This document shows, piece after piece, positions 42,557-52,475 of a DNA stretch of 64,000 nucleotides; the first letter of the stretch is position 1, and the number at the start of each line of letters is the position of its first letter. Origin of the DNA: Ostreococcus lucimarinus (lineage: Eukaryota); NCBI GenBank assembly GCA_000092065.1, contig CP000600.1; one strand, given 5' to 3'. Below the pieces are notes generated by a model, which had not been told where the DNA came from, made no database searches, and saw only the letters and a program-made list of their open reading frames with translations. The position numbers were made by a program, and so were the translations under genes.

Positions 42557-42769
42557 CTCGCCGCGTCGGCGTCGGCGATCGACGCGCGCGCGTCCCGCGC
42601 GTCGTCCCGCGCGTCGTCGCGCGCGCGCGACGCCGTGCGCGCGTGTGTCGACGCGCGCGCGCCGTCTCCGGTCGACCGGCGACCGGCGATCGCGCGGCGG
42701 AGCGTGTGTCGTTCACATAAATCACGCGGTGATGGTTCTCAGAGTGTCTCGAGTGCGTGATGCGCGTGC

Positions 42770-42792
42770 ATCGCGTATTTTAAAATACAAAC
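42770..42792. promoter_or_regulatory. 14-bp AT palindrome gtattttaaaatac (TATA-like) in divergent promoter
   Basis: Perfect palindrome seen in the 368-bp spacer between genes 41699..42556 (-) and 42925..44064 (+); function inferred only. Confidence 0.25.
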
Positions 42793-42924
42793 AGCGATGA
42801 AAACGAAACGACGTTTTCGGCGCGTCGAGACGCGTCGACGCGCGCGGTCGCGCGCGCGCGGCGGCGACGCGACGCGACGCGACGACGCGCGACGCGACGA
42901 CGCGCGAGCGCGCGAGAGCGAAAC

Positions 42925-44064
42925 ATGCGACGCGTCGCGATCGACGCGCGGGCGGGACGGGGACCGCGGTGCGCGGTGGAGCCGCGAGGCGGACGCCGAC
43001 GGATGAGGACCGGGACGAAGACGACGCGCGCGGCGCGAGACGTCGCCGTCGTGGGACCGCGCGACGACGCGGCGCGGACGCTGAACAGGACGTATCTCTC
43101 GTCCAAGGCGGCGCGCGCGGGAGCGGGCGAGGAAGAGGCGTGGACGCGTTGCGTCGTCGACCGCGTGGAGGCGCGGTCGAGAAGTCTCGTGCTGCGAGTG
43201 ATCGACGGGTCCGATAGAGTGTTCCCGATTTTCGCGGAGACGGAGAGCGATGAACGGGCGCTGGTGCGAATCGTGCACGTGCTTCGTCGTAAGCGCAAGG
43301 GATCTGGGGGGCTCGCGAGCCGGGATTGGACGCTCGCTCCTCAAATTTTGACGTGCTCGATTTCAGTCGACGCCGACGGATTGCGAGCGAAGCTCTCGAA
43401 AAAGCTCCCCGTCTTGGCGAGCGCGCTGATGACGGACAGCGACGTTGACACGTACGACGAATCGAACGTTCCGGTGTTTCAGGCGTTGCGAGAGGCGATC
43501 GATCCGCGCCAGTCACCGGCGTTGTACTTGAGCTCGAGTGCGGTGGATCGCTTGTGCTTTGACGGTTCCTGGCGATTGACGTACACGCCCGGAATGGCGT
43601 GCTTGCGACGCGCTGCGTTCACGTTCGGTGGTGCGCTTCTCGCGTCACATGTCTATCGCGCAGAAAGAGAGATCGTGCTGAAACGTAAGGCGCGTAAGGA
43701 TGAAGAGGTTTGGATTTTGACTCACACCTTGATCTCTCGAGAAACCCGAGTACTCGACCACGTATTAACCCTCAGAGTCATGCTCGCGTGCTCTGTTCGC
43801 GAGGAACGCGCGCTGCGAATGAACAAACGTGATACTGTCGATGACTTTGTGAATCGGCTGCGGAGTCAAAACGCGGGTTCGCAAGCGATCGCTCGGATGA
43901 TAGATGGCGCCCTTCCCGGATCGATTCGAGATCGCTCGCCTGGATTCTGGATGTTGGCGTACGAAAACTTTGTTCTGGACGAAGATTACGAACGAGCCGC
44001 TACCGCGCGTGATGTGTTAAACGAGCTCAACGTTTTTGTGGACGAAGAAGGTGCGTTTGATTGA
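42925..44064 (+). CDS. Hypothetical protein (no recognised domain)
   Basis: 379-aa ORF with an ATG and a balanced, protein-like composition; moderate GC. Confidence 0.5.
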   Translation: MRRVAIDARAGRGPRCAVEPRGGRRRMRTGTKTTRAARDVAVVGPRDDAARTLNRTYLSSKAARAGAGEEEAWTRCVVDRVEARSRSLVLRVIDGSDRVFPIFAETESDERALVRIVHVLRRKRKGSGGLASRDWTLAPQILTCSISVDADGLRAKLSKKLPVLASALMTDSDVDTYDESNVPVFQALREAIDPRQSPALYLSSSAVDRLCFDGSWRLTYTPGMACLRRAAFTFGGALLASHVYRAEREIVLKRKARKDEEVWILTHTLISRETRVLDHVLTLRVMLACSVREERALRMNKRDTVDDFVNRLRSQNAGSQAIARMIDGALPGSIRDRSPGFWMLAYENFVLDEDYERAATARDVLNELNVFVDEEGAFD

Positions 44065-44086
44065 AAGCGCGAGACCGAGTCGGTGC

Positions 44087-44743
44087 CTACGGGTGCTCGG
44101 GCTCGTTTTGGTAACTGCCACGATCGCGCGAGAAGTTTGATGCGGAGATATCGAACGATTCTCGCGGCGAGCGAGTGCCATGACACGGTGGTTCACTTCC
44201 GATTTCATTTGCACCGTAGAACTTCAAGACATCTTCCGGATAAATGCCCTTCTCGTCGACGAGCCCGTATTTGCCCATCGCTCGAGCGTACGAGAGCGGC
44301 GTCGCGTCCTTCGCCGTTCGCACGTTCAAATCTGCGCCGTAGTCGTACAGTAACTTGACGAGCTCCGGACCACCGTCGATCGCCCAAAATATAGTCGCGT
44401 CGCCGTTCGAGTTGATGAAATTCGGATCGGCACCCGACCGCAGCAGCGCCTTGGCGGCCTCCAACCGTCCTCGATGACACGCGCTCATCAGAGGCGTGTA
44501 CCCTTCGTCGCAACCATACGCCGAACCGAAGACAAAGTTGACGTCCGCGCCCTCTTCAATTTTGTTATAAATCAGTTTCAAGTCGTTCTTTTGAATCGCC
44601 ATCAAGAGTTCCTCGGTCTCGCGAGACGCCTTGACGACGTCTGGGCCCGAAGCGTTGGGGCGGTAATCGGGATGATGCGAGCCCTTACCCCCGTTCCACT
44701 GCGCCTCGTACGCCGCCGAGATCGCGTCTTGGCGTTTTTTCAT
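44087..44743 (-). CDS. Ankyrin-repeat protein
   Basis: Ankyrin repeats (GYTPLMSACHRGRLEAAKALLRSGADPN; NGDATIFWAIDGGPELVKLLYDYGADLN; KDATPLSYA). Confidence 0.75.
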   Translation of the reverse strand: MKKRQDAISAAYEAQWNGGKGSHHPDYRPNASGPDVVKASRETEELLMAIQKNDLKLIYNKIEEGADVNFVFGSAYGCDEGYTPLMSACHRGRLEAAKALLRSGADPNFINSNGDATIFWAIDGGPELVKLLYDYGADLNVRTAKDATPLSYARAMGKYGLVDEKGIYPEDVLKFYGANEIGSEPPCHGTRSPRESFDISASNFSRDRGSYQNEPEHP

Positions 44744-45080
44744 GATCGCCTCCTGCGCGTCGCCGACGCGGCGTCAGTCGAGTCACACGAGACGCGCGCG
44801 TGGAAAAGTACGAGAAAAACGCTCGACCCGCGCACGCGATCGACACCACCGCGCGCGTGCGATGTCGGCGCGCGCGCGCAGCGTCGCACGAGCGCACGAG
44901 CGCGTTGCCAAACGTACCATTTGCGCCATGGTGTCGGAAGGCTCTCGCGCGCGATTGTCGCGGCGTCGTTTGCGTCGTGCGTGATAATGACGACCGCGTT
45001 CGTTTGGAGCGTTTTTCCTTTGCTGGAAGGTGAAAATTCGTCTTTCATAACAACCATCGAAAGATGTGAGCACTATACGC

Positions 45081-47666
45081 TCATGCGTCAGCGACGACGA
45101 CGGACGAACCCGCGCTCGTTGGGCTACTAGACACGCTAGACACGCTCGCGACGCTCGAGCACGTCGTGGACGATGCGAAGGTGAAGAAGGAGGTGAGCGA
45201 ACTCGTCGGGCTGAGCGCGATGGATGAAGCGTCTGAATCAGGAACAGTTTTGAGGGCTTGCGACGTCACAGATCCGCGCACGATCTCGTTCGCTTTGTGA
45301 ATTGACTCCTTCAATCGTTGCGCGCGAACGCGCTGTTCCGCGACCGTGACTGGATCCTCCGAGGTAAGCCCGATCGCGGCGCGGTACGCCGCGACGGCAC
45401 TCTCGGCGGCGGTTCTGGACCTTCGCAGCTTGGATTTCTGAGACTTGTACTTCCGCATCGCGGAATCATGTGTGTGTTGCGCGGCATCAACATCATTCGA
45501 TAGAGCATTGTGCTCATCTACTGCATTCGCGAGCGTCGTCTTGAGTTTTGTGAGAGCGTTTGATAATTCTGCCGCGCGTTCGCGCATACGCACCAACGCA
45601 TCGTTCTCGGTTTGTAGTTTCTCCAACGCTGCCTCGGTTTTCATCCATTCCTCACGCGAAGCGCCTTTAACATCTTTCGTGGGATGCACGAGCTTCGCGC
45701 GAAGACTCGAATTCGAAAGTTCGGCGTCTTCGAGGATTTGACGCATCGATTCAACTTCACACTCGGCGGAATGGATAAGCCCACTCAACTCCTTGCGCTC
45801 GACTACGAGCTCATCGCGCTGCCGTTCTATGATGGCATAGATGTCTTTTTGTTCGTCGATTGCCACGCCTTCCCCGTACGGCGACTTCGCTCGAACGACA
45901 TCGTAACGGCTTCGTAAGTGGTCGAGACGCTGCTCGCGATGGTTCAAATCCATTATCGCCGCGTGTGCGTCTTGCTGCAGGGTCGTGAGATGCGCCAACA
46001 GCGACCTGTGTTCGTCGCTCAGTGATTCATACTGAGTCTCAAGCTCACCGATTATCTGCTTCTTGCGATCGGTGAGCTCTTGAGCCTGCCCTGAGCTTAA
46101 GAAGAGTACGCGATGACGACGAGCGAGCTGCAAACGTAACTCGTCGAGCTCGACTTGTAAATATTCCATGCCATCGAGTACGCTTCGCTCGTGTCTCTCG
46201 CTTCCCTCCGCTTCGACCTCTAGAGTGCTTCTCGCGTGCGCGGCGTTCAACGTCTGCTCGCATCGCGCGTCCATCTCTAACCTGGTGCGCTCGACCTTGT
46301 ACTCGTTCTCCTTGGTTTCAGCGACGAGAGCGACGTGTTCGCGCTCACGTTCTTCCAGCTCGAGCCTCAACGATTCAATCAGAGCTTCCAGCTTTTCGCT
46401 TTCTTCATTCGATCGTACGCCTTCCAATCGCGACGTCTTGCGTTCGAGATGCTGCAGCTGCAACGACGTGGTGTAAATCAACTCGCGCTGCTTGAGAATC
46501 TTCGCCTGCAAAGCGTGCTCCTTTTCGCGCAAGTTTTTGCTCTGCATCATCGCCCCATTTAGCTCCACTTCTAGTCGACACTGGGAATTCTTTTGATCGT
46601 GCAGTGTTTTTGAGACGTCGAGTAAATCATCTTTATCGCGCTCGAGCGCGGTTTGCACGTCCCGCAGCGTCGATTCTTCTTGGTCGTGGGCTTCTTGTAA
46701 TTCTCGCAAGCAGCGCTCTGACGTCATCAAAGCCGCGCATTCGTCGTCCAACGTCTTTTGTGCCTTGTTGACCTGGCGTGACTTTTCATCTCGAGCGTAA
46801 CAGTGCGCCTTGAGCGTCTCTTCGGCTTCGCACCGGCGTGCTTTCGCGCATTCGGCTCCGCGAGCCGCCGCGCGCCGCATGTGCGTCGCGGTCTCGAGAG
46901 CCTGCGTCGAGCTCGTGAGATCGGATTTGAGCGCTTGACATTTTTCGGTTTTACGGCGTAAAAGTTGCTCCTTCACCGTGACTTTCGACTGTGATGCTTT
47001 ATTCAAAAGCTCTATGCGTTTCGCCGTTTCCTTGAGCTCGCGCAAGTTGGCTTGTTTGTCCTCGAGCGCCGTTGACGTCTGATCCTTCACGCGCATCGTC
47101 CGCTTGATCAATCCTTGCCGATCGCTCAGCGTGACGTTTGCCTTTGCAAGCTCTTCGTTCAACTCAATCTGTCTCGCGTGGGCGTCTTTTAACGACTTTT
47201 GAACGCGTTGCAATTCTCCCGCTAGCGCAGCGCGCGTCGACGCCGCGTCCTCGGCGTCTGATTGACTTTTATGCACTTCGTGCGAAACCTTGCTCAAAGC
47301 CGCCTCGAGCGTCTTCAAAACGCGGTCGTCTTCCGCTTCGTACTCGCGAAGCGCGTCCAAGTCACGTTCTTCGTCAGCGAGGCGGTCGTGAACGATGTCG
47401 CGAACGACGTCGGCGTTCTCCGTTCGCAGTCGCAATCGACTCAGCGCTCGCTCGTACGCCTCAGCGCGCCTTGAGTACTCATCGAATCGCTCGTTCTGCG
47501 TCGTAGTAAGCTTTTCGTACCGCGCGCGAGCGCTCACCGCGCGCTCACGATTGGCTCGATCCAGGAGCGCTAAATGTTTTTCGCTCTCCAACGCCTCGCG
47601 CGCGCCTCGCGCGCGCTCGCGCACGCCATCCATCTCCTTCATCACCTCGCGCGCGTGTTCGCGCAT
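45081..47666 (-). CDS. Coiled-coil protein (about 861 aa), Ser-rich C-terminal tail
   Basis: Continuous heptad-like Glu/Arg/Leu/Ala/Lys-rich sequence throughout; Ser/Thr-rich end. Confidence 0.7.
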   Translation of the reverse strand: MREHAREVMKEMDGVRERARGAREALESEKHLALLDRANRERAVSARARYEKLTTTQNERFDEYSRRAEAYERALSRLRLRTENADVVRDIVHDRLADEERDLDALREYEAEDDRVLKTLEAALSKVSHEVHKSQSDAEDAASTRAALAGELQRVQKSLKDAHARQIELNEELAKANVTLSDRQGLIKRTMRVKDQTSTALEDKQANLRELKETAKRIELLNKASQSKVTVKEQLLRRKTEKCQALKSDLTSSTQALETATHMRRAAARGAECAKARRCEAEETLKAHCYARDEKSRQVNKAQKTLDDECAALMTSERCLRELQEAHDQEESTLRDVQTALERDKDDLLDVSKTLHDQKNSQCRLEVELNGAMMQSKNLREKEHALQAKILKQRELIYTTSLQLQHLERKTSRLEGVRSNEESEKLEALIESLRLELEEREREHVALVAETKENEYKVERTRLEMDARCEQTLNAAHARSTLEVEAEGSERHERSVLDGMEYLQVELDELRLQLARRHRVLFLSSGQAQELTDRKKQIIGELETQYESLSDEHRSLLAHLTTLQQDAHAAIMDLNHREQRLDHLRSRYDVVRAKSPYGEGVAIDEQKDIYAIIERQRDELVVERKELSGLIHSAECEVESMRQILEDAELSNSSLRAKLVHPTKDVKGASREEWMKTEAALEKLQTENDALVRMRERAAELSNALTKLKTTLANAVDEHNALSNDVDAAQHTHDSAMRKYKSQKSKLRRSRTAAESAVAAYRAAIGLTSEDPVTVAEQRVRAQRLKESIHKANEIVRGSVTSQALKTVPDSDASSIALSPTSSLTSFFTFASSTTCSSVASVSSVSSSPTSAGSSVVVADA

Positions 47667-48052
47667 GACATCCGTCCGCTTGACGTGCTCGCGGCACTCC
47701 CGCTTCGTCTCTTCGACGCATCGCGCGCGTTCCTACGATGAAAGAATAAATACCGAAACCAGCGCGCGCGAACGACCTCGGCGCACCTCGATCTCCCTCG
47801 CCAACGCCCTATTCGCGTCATCCGCGAACGCCGGAAGCGGCATCGACGCCTCGTCTTCGCGCGATTCCGACGCCTCCATCTCGCGCGCTCGCCCGCGCGC
47901 CGCGCGCGCCGTTCTAAAAATATCTCGCTCGTCGCTCGTCGCTCGTCGCCCTCGCCTCCCGGCTAACATCGTCGTCTCCCGTCTCGCGACGACCCATCTC
48001 GCCCGCCGTCGCCGCGTCCCTCTCGCCCTTCGCGCGTCGGCCCGCGCGCCTC

Positions 48053-48433
48053 TCACGCGTCCATCGCCGCGCGCGCTCGCGCCTCTTCGCGCGCGACGTC
48101 CACCAGCGCCCTTCGCGTCCGTCGCTCCAACTTTTCCAGCCTCGCCTCGACGTCTCGCTTGAGATCCCAGTTCGCCCGTCTCGGCGCCACCATCCCCGGA
48201 TCGACGTCCCCGACGTTCGGTTCGAGTCCCAGCGTCACCGCGCCCTCGTCGCCGTCCCTCGCCGCCGCGACGTCGAGCGCCGGCGCCGTCGTCGCGGGAA
48301 GTTTCGCCGCCGCGAGCGCGCCGTCCCTCGGGACGTAATTCCGAAACGCGATCTCCCGCGTCGCGCGTCCCTCGCGCGAAGTCGCGTCGGCGGCGCGACC
48401 GCCGGCGTCGTCCGCGCCGGCGCTCGCGCGCAT
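48053..48433 (-). CDS. CCDC12: CCDC12/Cwf18-like spliceosome-associated protein
   Basis: The C-terminal 126 codons of the otherwise Arg-rich ORF 48053..49288 align with CCDC12: FRNYVP(R/E)D...L..LAPR(K/R)ANWDLKRDV(A/E)..LEKL(K/E)(K/R)RT(Q/R)RA(I/L). The start was set at the MRASAGADD Met; an upstream exon is not excluded. Confidence 0.7.
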   Translation of the reverse strand: MRASAGADDAGGRAADATSREGRATREIAFRNYVPRDGALAAAKLPATTAPALDVAAARDGDEGAVTLGLEPNVGDVDPGMVAPRRANWDLKRDVEARLEKLERRTRRALVDVAREEARARAAMDA

Positions 48434-48505
48434 CGCCGGCGCTCGCGCGCGTCGCGCGTCGGCGGTCTCGGTCGTCGCGACGATTCGATTCGACGCCGCG
48501 TCGCG

Positions 48506-50329
48506 ATGTCCGACACACCGCGACGCGCGACGCGCGGATCGGCACGAATCGTGATGAATCGAATCGAATTCGACGCGGCCGCGGGGACGGATGGGACGAC
48601 GCGCGACGACGCCGTCGCGCGAATACGCGCCGAGTACGCGACGTACGCGCGAAAGTCTCGCGCGGTGCACGAGGCGAAGCTCGCGATGGCGCGCGCGGCG
48701 GTGAAACGGGCGGAGAGAGCGAACGAGGGGACGGACGCGGCGCGACGCGCGGCGGAGGCGCTCGAGCGAGCGCGCGACGAGGCGACGCGAGAGCTCGAGC
48801 GGGACATGGCGCGGGACATCGCGGAGGCGGAGGCGGAGATGGAGGCGTCGGCGAAGACGGAAGCGGCGACGCGGACGGCGATCGAACGACATCTGGAGAC
48901 GGAACGGGCGAAGGCGGCGGAGGCGGAGGCGACGACGCGGGAGAGGCTGCGGCCGGGGGCGGACGAGGAGGAGAGCGCGACGTACGAGGAGGCGGATGAT
49001 TATCGAACGACGTCGCCGGAGGGGAAGGGACTGCGGGAAGTGACGGGTGAGGACGAGGGCGAGGCGAGGGCGAGCGCGTTTAGTCGCGTGAGAGGGTCGC
49101 TGACGAAGAAGGCGTCGGTTTCGCGGGCGAGCGAAGACGTCGCGGAGGTCGCGGCGAAGACGGATTCGGGGCGCGTGAGCATGGCGGCGCTGGCGCCGAA
49201 ACCCGCGCTCATGAGCGAGTTGGCGCCGGAGCCGGTAGAATCGACCGCGCCCGAGGCGGGAGCGACGGATCGGGCGTTTGATCCGCACGACGCTCTCTTG
49301 CGGCGGTTGAAATCGTCGAGTTTGAAGAGCGATTCGGGGGAAAGCCGAGCGCGCGCCGCGCCGGCTGAGCCCGCAGGGCGATCGGCGCGAGAAACACTAA
49401 GTGTCGCGCCGCGAGCGCAAAAGATATCCGATCCCTTCGCACCTCCCAGGGGATTAGGAGCGGCGATAAACGCCATCGTGGAAAATAAAGGTTCGGCGAC
49501 CGCCGCGCAATCGATTGAGAGCGCGTTCGGCATACCGACCGCGCCCGAAGTGCGAGCGAGCGTGGCGCCGAAATCGATATTGGAACCTTCCCGCGCGCGC
49601 GATGATGTTTTCGCGCCCGAAACGAAGAGGGTACCACCGGAGCTGCCCGCGGCGCCGGTGCGCGTCGAGCCGAATCCGTACGTCATGTCCAAGCAAGATT
49701 TGCGACCGGCGCCCAGGAGACGAGTAGGCTTTCCTTCGGCGTACAGAAACGCACATTCTGCCCAAGCGCCGATAGAAACCCACGCGCAAGAGGCTCCGCG
49801 AGATCAATACTCGCCCGACGCGAACGTCGGCGCGACGACGGAGGACGCGGCGAGACGCCGCGGGCGCGACTTGGCGTTGACGCCGTCGAATCAACTCAGC
49901 CCGCCGATCACGGCGAATTCCAGCGAGTCATCGGCGCAGAGACCAGAGTTGAAGCCAAAGATTCCCAGAATGCTCGTGCCAAGCTCGCCGTTCAAAATTT
50001 CAGAGGTTCGAAATCTCTTCTCGTTCGCCAGACACGGTCGATACGGCGAGCTGAAAAAGTTGATCATGAAGGGCGTCCCCCTCGACGCTCGGGACGAAAT
50101 GGGCAACTCAGCGCTCATCATCGCTTGTCAAAACGGTCAAGGTCGATGCGTGAAGCTTCTCATTCGAAGCGGCGCCGATCCAAACGTTCAAAACAAGCAC
50201 GGGAACACCTCGTTGCATTTCTCGCTCCACTTTCGCTTCGACGCCATTTCGGATTTTCTCCAGCGTCACGGCGGTTTGACCAACATCCAGAATCACGACG
50301 GGCAAACGTGCTACGAATTCGTCGGATGA
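48506..50329 (+). CDS. Ankyrin-repeat protein with N-terminal coiled-coil region
   Basis: C-terminal ankyrin repeats (MGNSALIIACQNGQGRCVKLLIRSGADPNVQNKHGNTSLHFSL); N-terminal Ala/Glu/Arg-rich coiled coil; 72-bp divergent spacer from the Cwf18-like gene. Confidence 0.7.
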   Translation: MSDTPRRATRGSARIVMNRIEFDAAAGTDGTTRDDAVARIRAEYATYARKSRAVHEAKLAMARAAVKRAERANEGTDAARRAAEALERARDEATRELERDMARDIAEAEAEMEASAKTEAATRTAIERHLETERAKAAEAEATTRERLRPGADEEESATYEEADDYRTTSPEGKGLREVTGEDEGEARASAFSRVRGSLTKKASVSRASEDVAEVAAKTDSGRVSMAALAPKPALMSELAPEPVESTAPEAGATDRAFDPHDALLRRLKSSSLKSDSGESRARAAPAEPAGRSARETLSVAPRAQKISDPFAPPRGLGAAINAIVENKGSATAAQSIESAFGIPTAPEVRASVAPKSILEPSRARDDVFAPETKRVPPELPAAPVRVEPNPYVMSKQDLRPAPRRRVGFPSAYRNAHSAQAPIETHAQEAPRDQYSPDANVGATTEDAARRRGRDLALTPSNQLSPPITANSSESSAQRPELKPKIPRMLVPSSPFKISEVRNLFSFARHGRYGELKKLIMKGVPLDARDEMGNSALIIACQNGQGRCVKLLIRSGADPNVQNKHGNTSLHFSLHFRFDAISDFLQRHGGLTNIQNHDGQTCYEFVG

Positions 50330-50534
50330 CGCCTCACCGCGTCGGCATCGCCTCGCATTGTCATATTCATCATTCCTTCCCGAACCGCTCTCGCGCGCGC
50401 TCGCCGCGCGCGGAGGTTTCGCCCGCACGCGTCAGACTCGCGCGCCCGCGCGCCCGATCCCCGCGCGCGCCGTCCGCGCGCCGATCGGAAGACATCGAAC
50501 GCTCGCGCTCGTCGAGTCGAGCGCGCGCGACGAT

Positions 50535-52013
50535 ATGTCGACGCTTCGCGCCCGCCGAGCCGCCACGCCCGAGGTCGTTGACGACGCCGAAACGACGAAA
50601 TCTCGCGCGACGCGCGCGCGAGGGCCGTTCAGACTGCCGAAGGCGGACGAAGACGACGATGGTAAGAAGTGCTCGGCGTGGTTTTGCGCGGTGTGCGACG
50701 TGGACGATGCGCCGGAGTGGATGGTGTGGAATCCGTACGTGCGGAGCGGTTATCGCGTCGGCGCGCGGTGGCTCGGGGCGACGCGATCGATATTCATGCT
50801 TCACAACGAGACGGTGAACATATGGAGTCATTTGTTGGGAGTTTTGATGTTCGCAGCGCTGATCGTGCAGACGTTTCGGACGGCGCACTCGGGCGTGGGG
50901 CTGGCGGCGCCGCCCGCGCATTGGGTTACGGGCGCGGACGTGGCGCGAGTCGAGAGGATTCAGTACGCCACGCGATGGAGACAAGAAATACGGCGGGACA
51001 GGGACGATTTACGCGCGATTGATGTCGCGCTACACGAGCGGCTGCAAAATGGGAGCACAGCGCGCGATATTTTGCGCGGAGTGAGGGACGACTTGCTCGA
51101 CGTGACGCACGAGCTCGCGGAACATCTGGAGAGTGGGGAGGAAGTTTTCAAGGTGGAAAAGCGGCGAAAAGTCCTGAAGCGTAGTTTGAAGGGTGCGCAA
51201 AAGGTGCTCGAGGCGATGGATCGCGCGGGTGGAAAGGATTATGAAGAAATTTCTGTCCAGACGGAAGCGTTGCGCAAGAAATTAAGCCAGTTGAAGAAAC
51301 ACATCAAGTTCGTGCCAGACGATCCCGAGCCCGCGCGGCCGGTCACGCGGTGGCCTATGTATATTTTTCTCACTGGTGCCGTCGTGTGCTTATTCTTCAG
51401 CACGATGTGTCACACGTACTGCTGCGTCGGCGAGATTGATGCCGAACGAATGTGGCGTTTCGACTATCTTGGCATCGCCGTATTAATCGTGGCGAGCTTT
51501 TACCCCATGTTACACTACTCATACTATTGTCTTCCCGGTTGGAGAGATATGTACTTGACTGGTATTACGGTATTCGGGTGTTTGACCGTCGTCCCTACGT
51601 TCATGCGAGCGTTTCAGAAGAAGGAGTACGCCCCGTTACGAGCGTCTCTCTTCGTCGCCCTAGGCTGCCTGGGTCTTTTCCCGATTTTTCAGCAAGTCTT
51701 CTTCGTTTGGCACATCGTCCCGACGCCTATGATGGAAGCATTTTATTTTGAAATGGCTATGGGGTTCGGCTACGTGTTTGGAGCATTCTTGTACGCCAAG
51801 ATGATCCCAGAGCGGTGGAGCCCAGGATCGTTTGACTTCTTCGGCTGCAGTCACAACATTTTTCATTTTTTGATCGTGCTCTCGACCTACTTTCACTACA
51901 GAGCGAGCATCATTTATCTTACGTGGCGTGACAACTACACATGTGACGCTGATCACGAGCTACTTCTGGAATGGTATCATCTAGGTCACCACTTCAGATA
52001 TCCCACGGATTGA
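50535..52013 (+). CDS. Adiponectin-receptor/HlyIII (PAQR) family heptahelical protein with long insertion between TM1 and TM2
   Basis: PAQR signatures (PEWMVWNPYVRSGYR; HNETVNIWSHLLG; conserved His residues in later TMs; C-terminal HEL.LEWYHLGHH). The ORF-track start is TTG, so the start was trimmed to the MSTLRARR ATG. Confidence 0.85.
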   Translation: MSTLRARRAATPEVVDDAETTKSRATRARGPFRLPKADEDDDGKKCSAWFCAVCDVDDAPEWMVWNPYVRSGYRVGARWLGATRSIFMLHNETVNIWSHLLGVLMFAALIVQTFRTAHSGVGLAAPPAHWVTGADVARVERIQYATRWRQEIRRDRDDLRAIDVALHERLQNGSTARDILRGVRDDLLDVTHELAEHLESGEEVFKVEKRRKVLKRSLKGAQKVLEAMDRAGGKDYEEISVQTEALRKKLSQLKKHIKFVPDDPEPARPVTRWPMYIFLTGAVVCLFFSTMCHTYCCVGEIDAERMWRFDYLGIAVLIVASFYPMLHYSYYCLPGWRDMYLTGITVFGCLTVVPTFMRAFQKKEYAPLRASLFVALGCLGLFPIFQQVFFVWHIVPTPMMEAFYFEMAMGFGYVFGAFLYAKMIPERWSPGSFDFFGCSHNIFHFLIVLSTYFHYRASIIYLTWRDNYTCDADHELLLEWYHLGHHFRYPTD

Positions 52014-52139
52014 TAATCGAGAAAGTCTTTAGCGAGGTTGACCGCGCCGCGTCGTTGACTTTCTTTGTAGCACTCTCTAGCACTTTCTCCTTTGAATAAT
52101 AGACAAGTTGGTATACAATGACCTCACTATGCCGCGACG

Positions 52140-52388
52140 ATGACGATACGGTCGGCCATCTCCGGCGCGTTTCTCTTCCTGGCTCGACTAGCGCTCGCGT
52201 GTTCGTACTGGTTCTCCGCGAAGAAGCCGAGAACGCTGCTCGAGTCTTTTCAAAGAGCGACTTTTGAAGTTTCTACGTACCGTGGAGATCCGGAATACAT
52301 GACGTATCGACACGAAGCTGAATATATGAGACGAGAAGCGGAACGTTTAAGTTATAAACTAGCTTGCGTGCGGCGACGATGCGAGTGA
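52140..52388 (+). CDS. Small ORF (82 aa), possible single-TM protein
   Basis: ATG ORF with an N-terminal hydrophobic helix (AISGAFLFLARLALACSYWF). It lies in the 460-bp space between the convergent PAQR and EF2 genes. GC is lower than in coding regions, so it could be 3' UTR. Confidence 0.25.
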   Translation: MTIRSAISGAFLFLARLALACSYWFSAKKPRTLLESFQRATFEVSTYRGDPEYMTYRHEAEYMRREAERLSYKLACVRRRCE

Positions 52389-52475
52389 GGTGAAAAGGCG
52401 AAAAGCATTTTATTCGAAAGTTTTTTGTGTATTATAGAGATGTACGTTTCAAAAGCTGCTCCTGAGACCCTACAA

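Noticed and set aside
44740-45057. 105-aa ORF on the minus strand beginning MVVMKDEFSPSSKGK.
   Set aside because: It lies in the AT-richer 3' UTR of the coiled-coil gene and overlaps the ankyrin-gene start out of frame. Arg-rich after the first 50 aa. No homology recognised.
47730-47790. Possible 44-55 nt intron (GTGCGC or GTCGTT ... ttattctttcatcgTAG) upstream of the coiled-coil gene 45081..47666.
   Set aside because: The GTGCGC pairing is out of frame and the in-frame alternative is only 44 nt. There is no CTGAC branch motif. The AT-rich tract is better explained as the 3' end region of the Cwf18-like gene.
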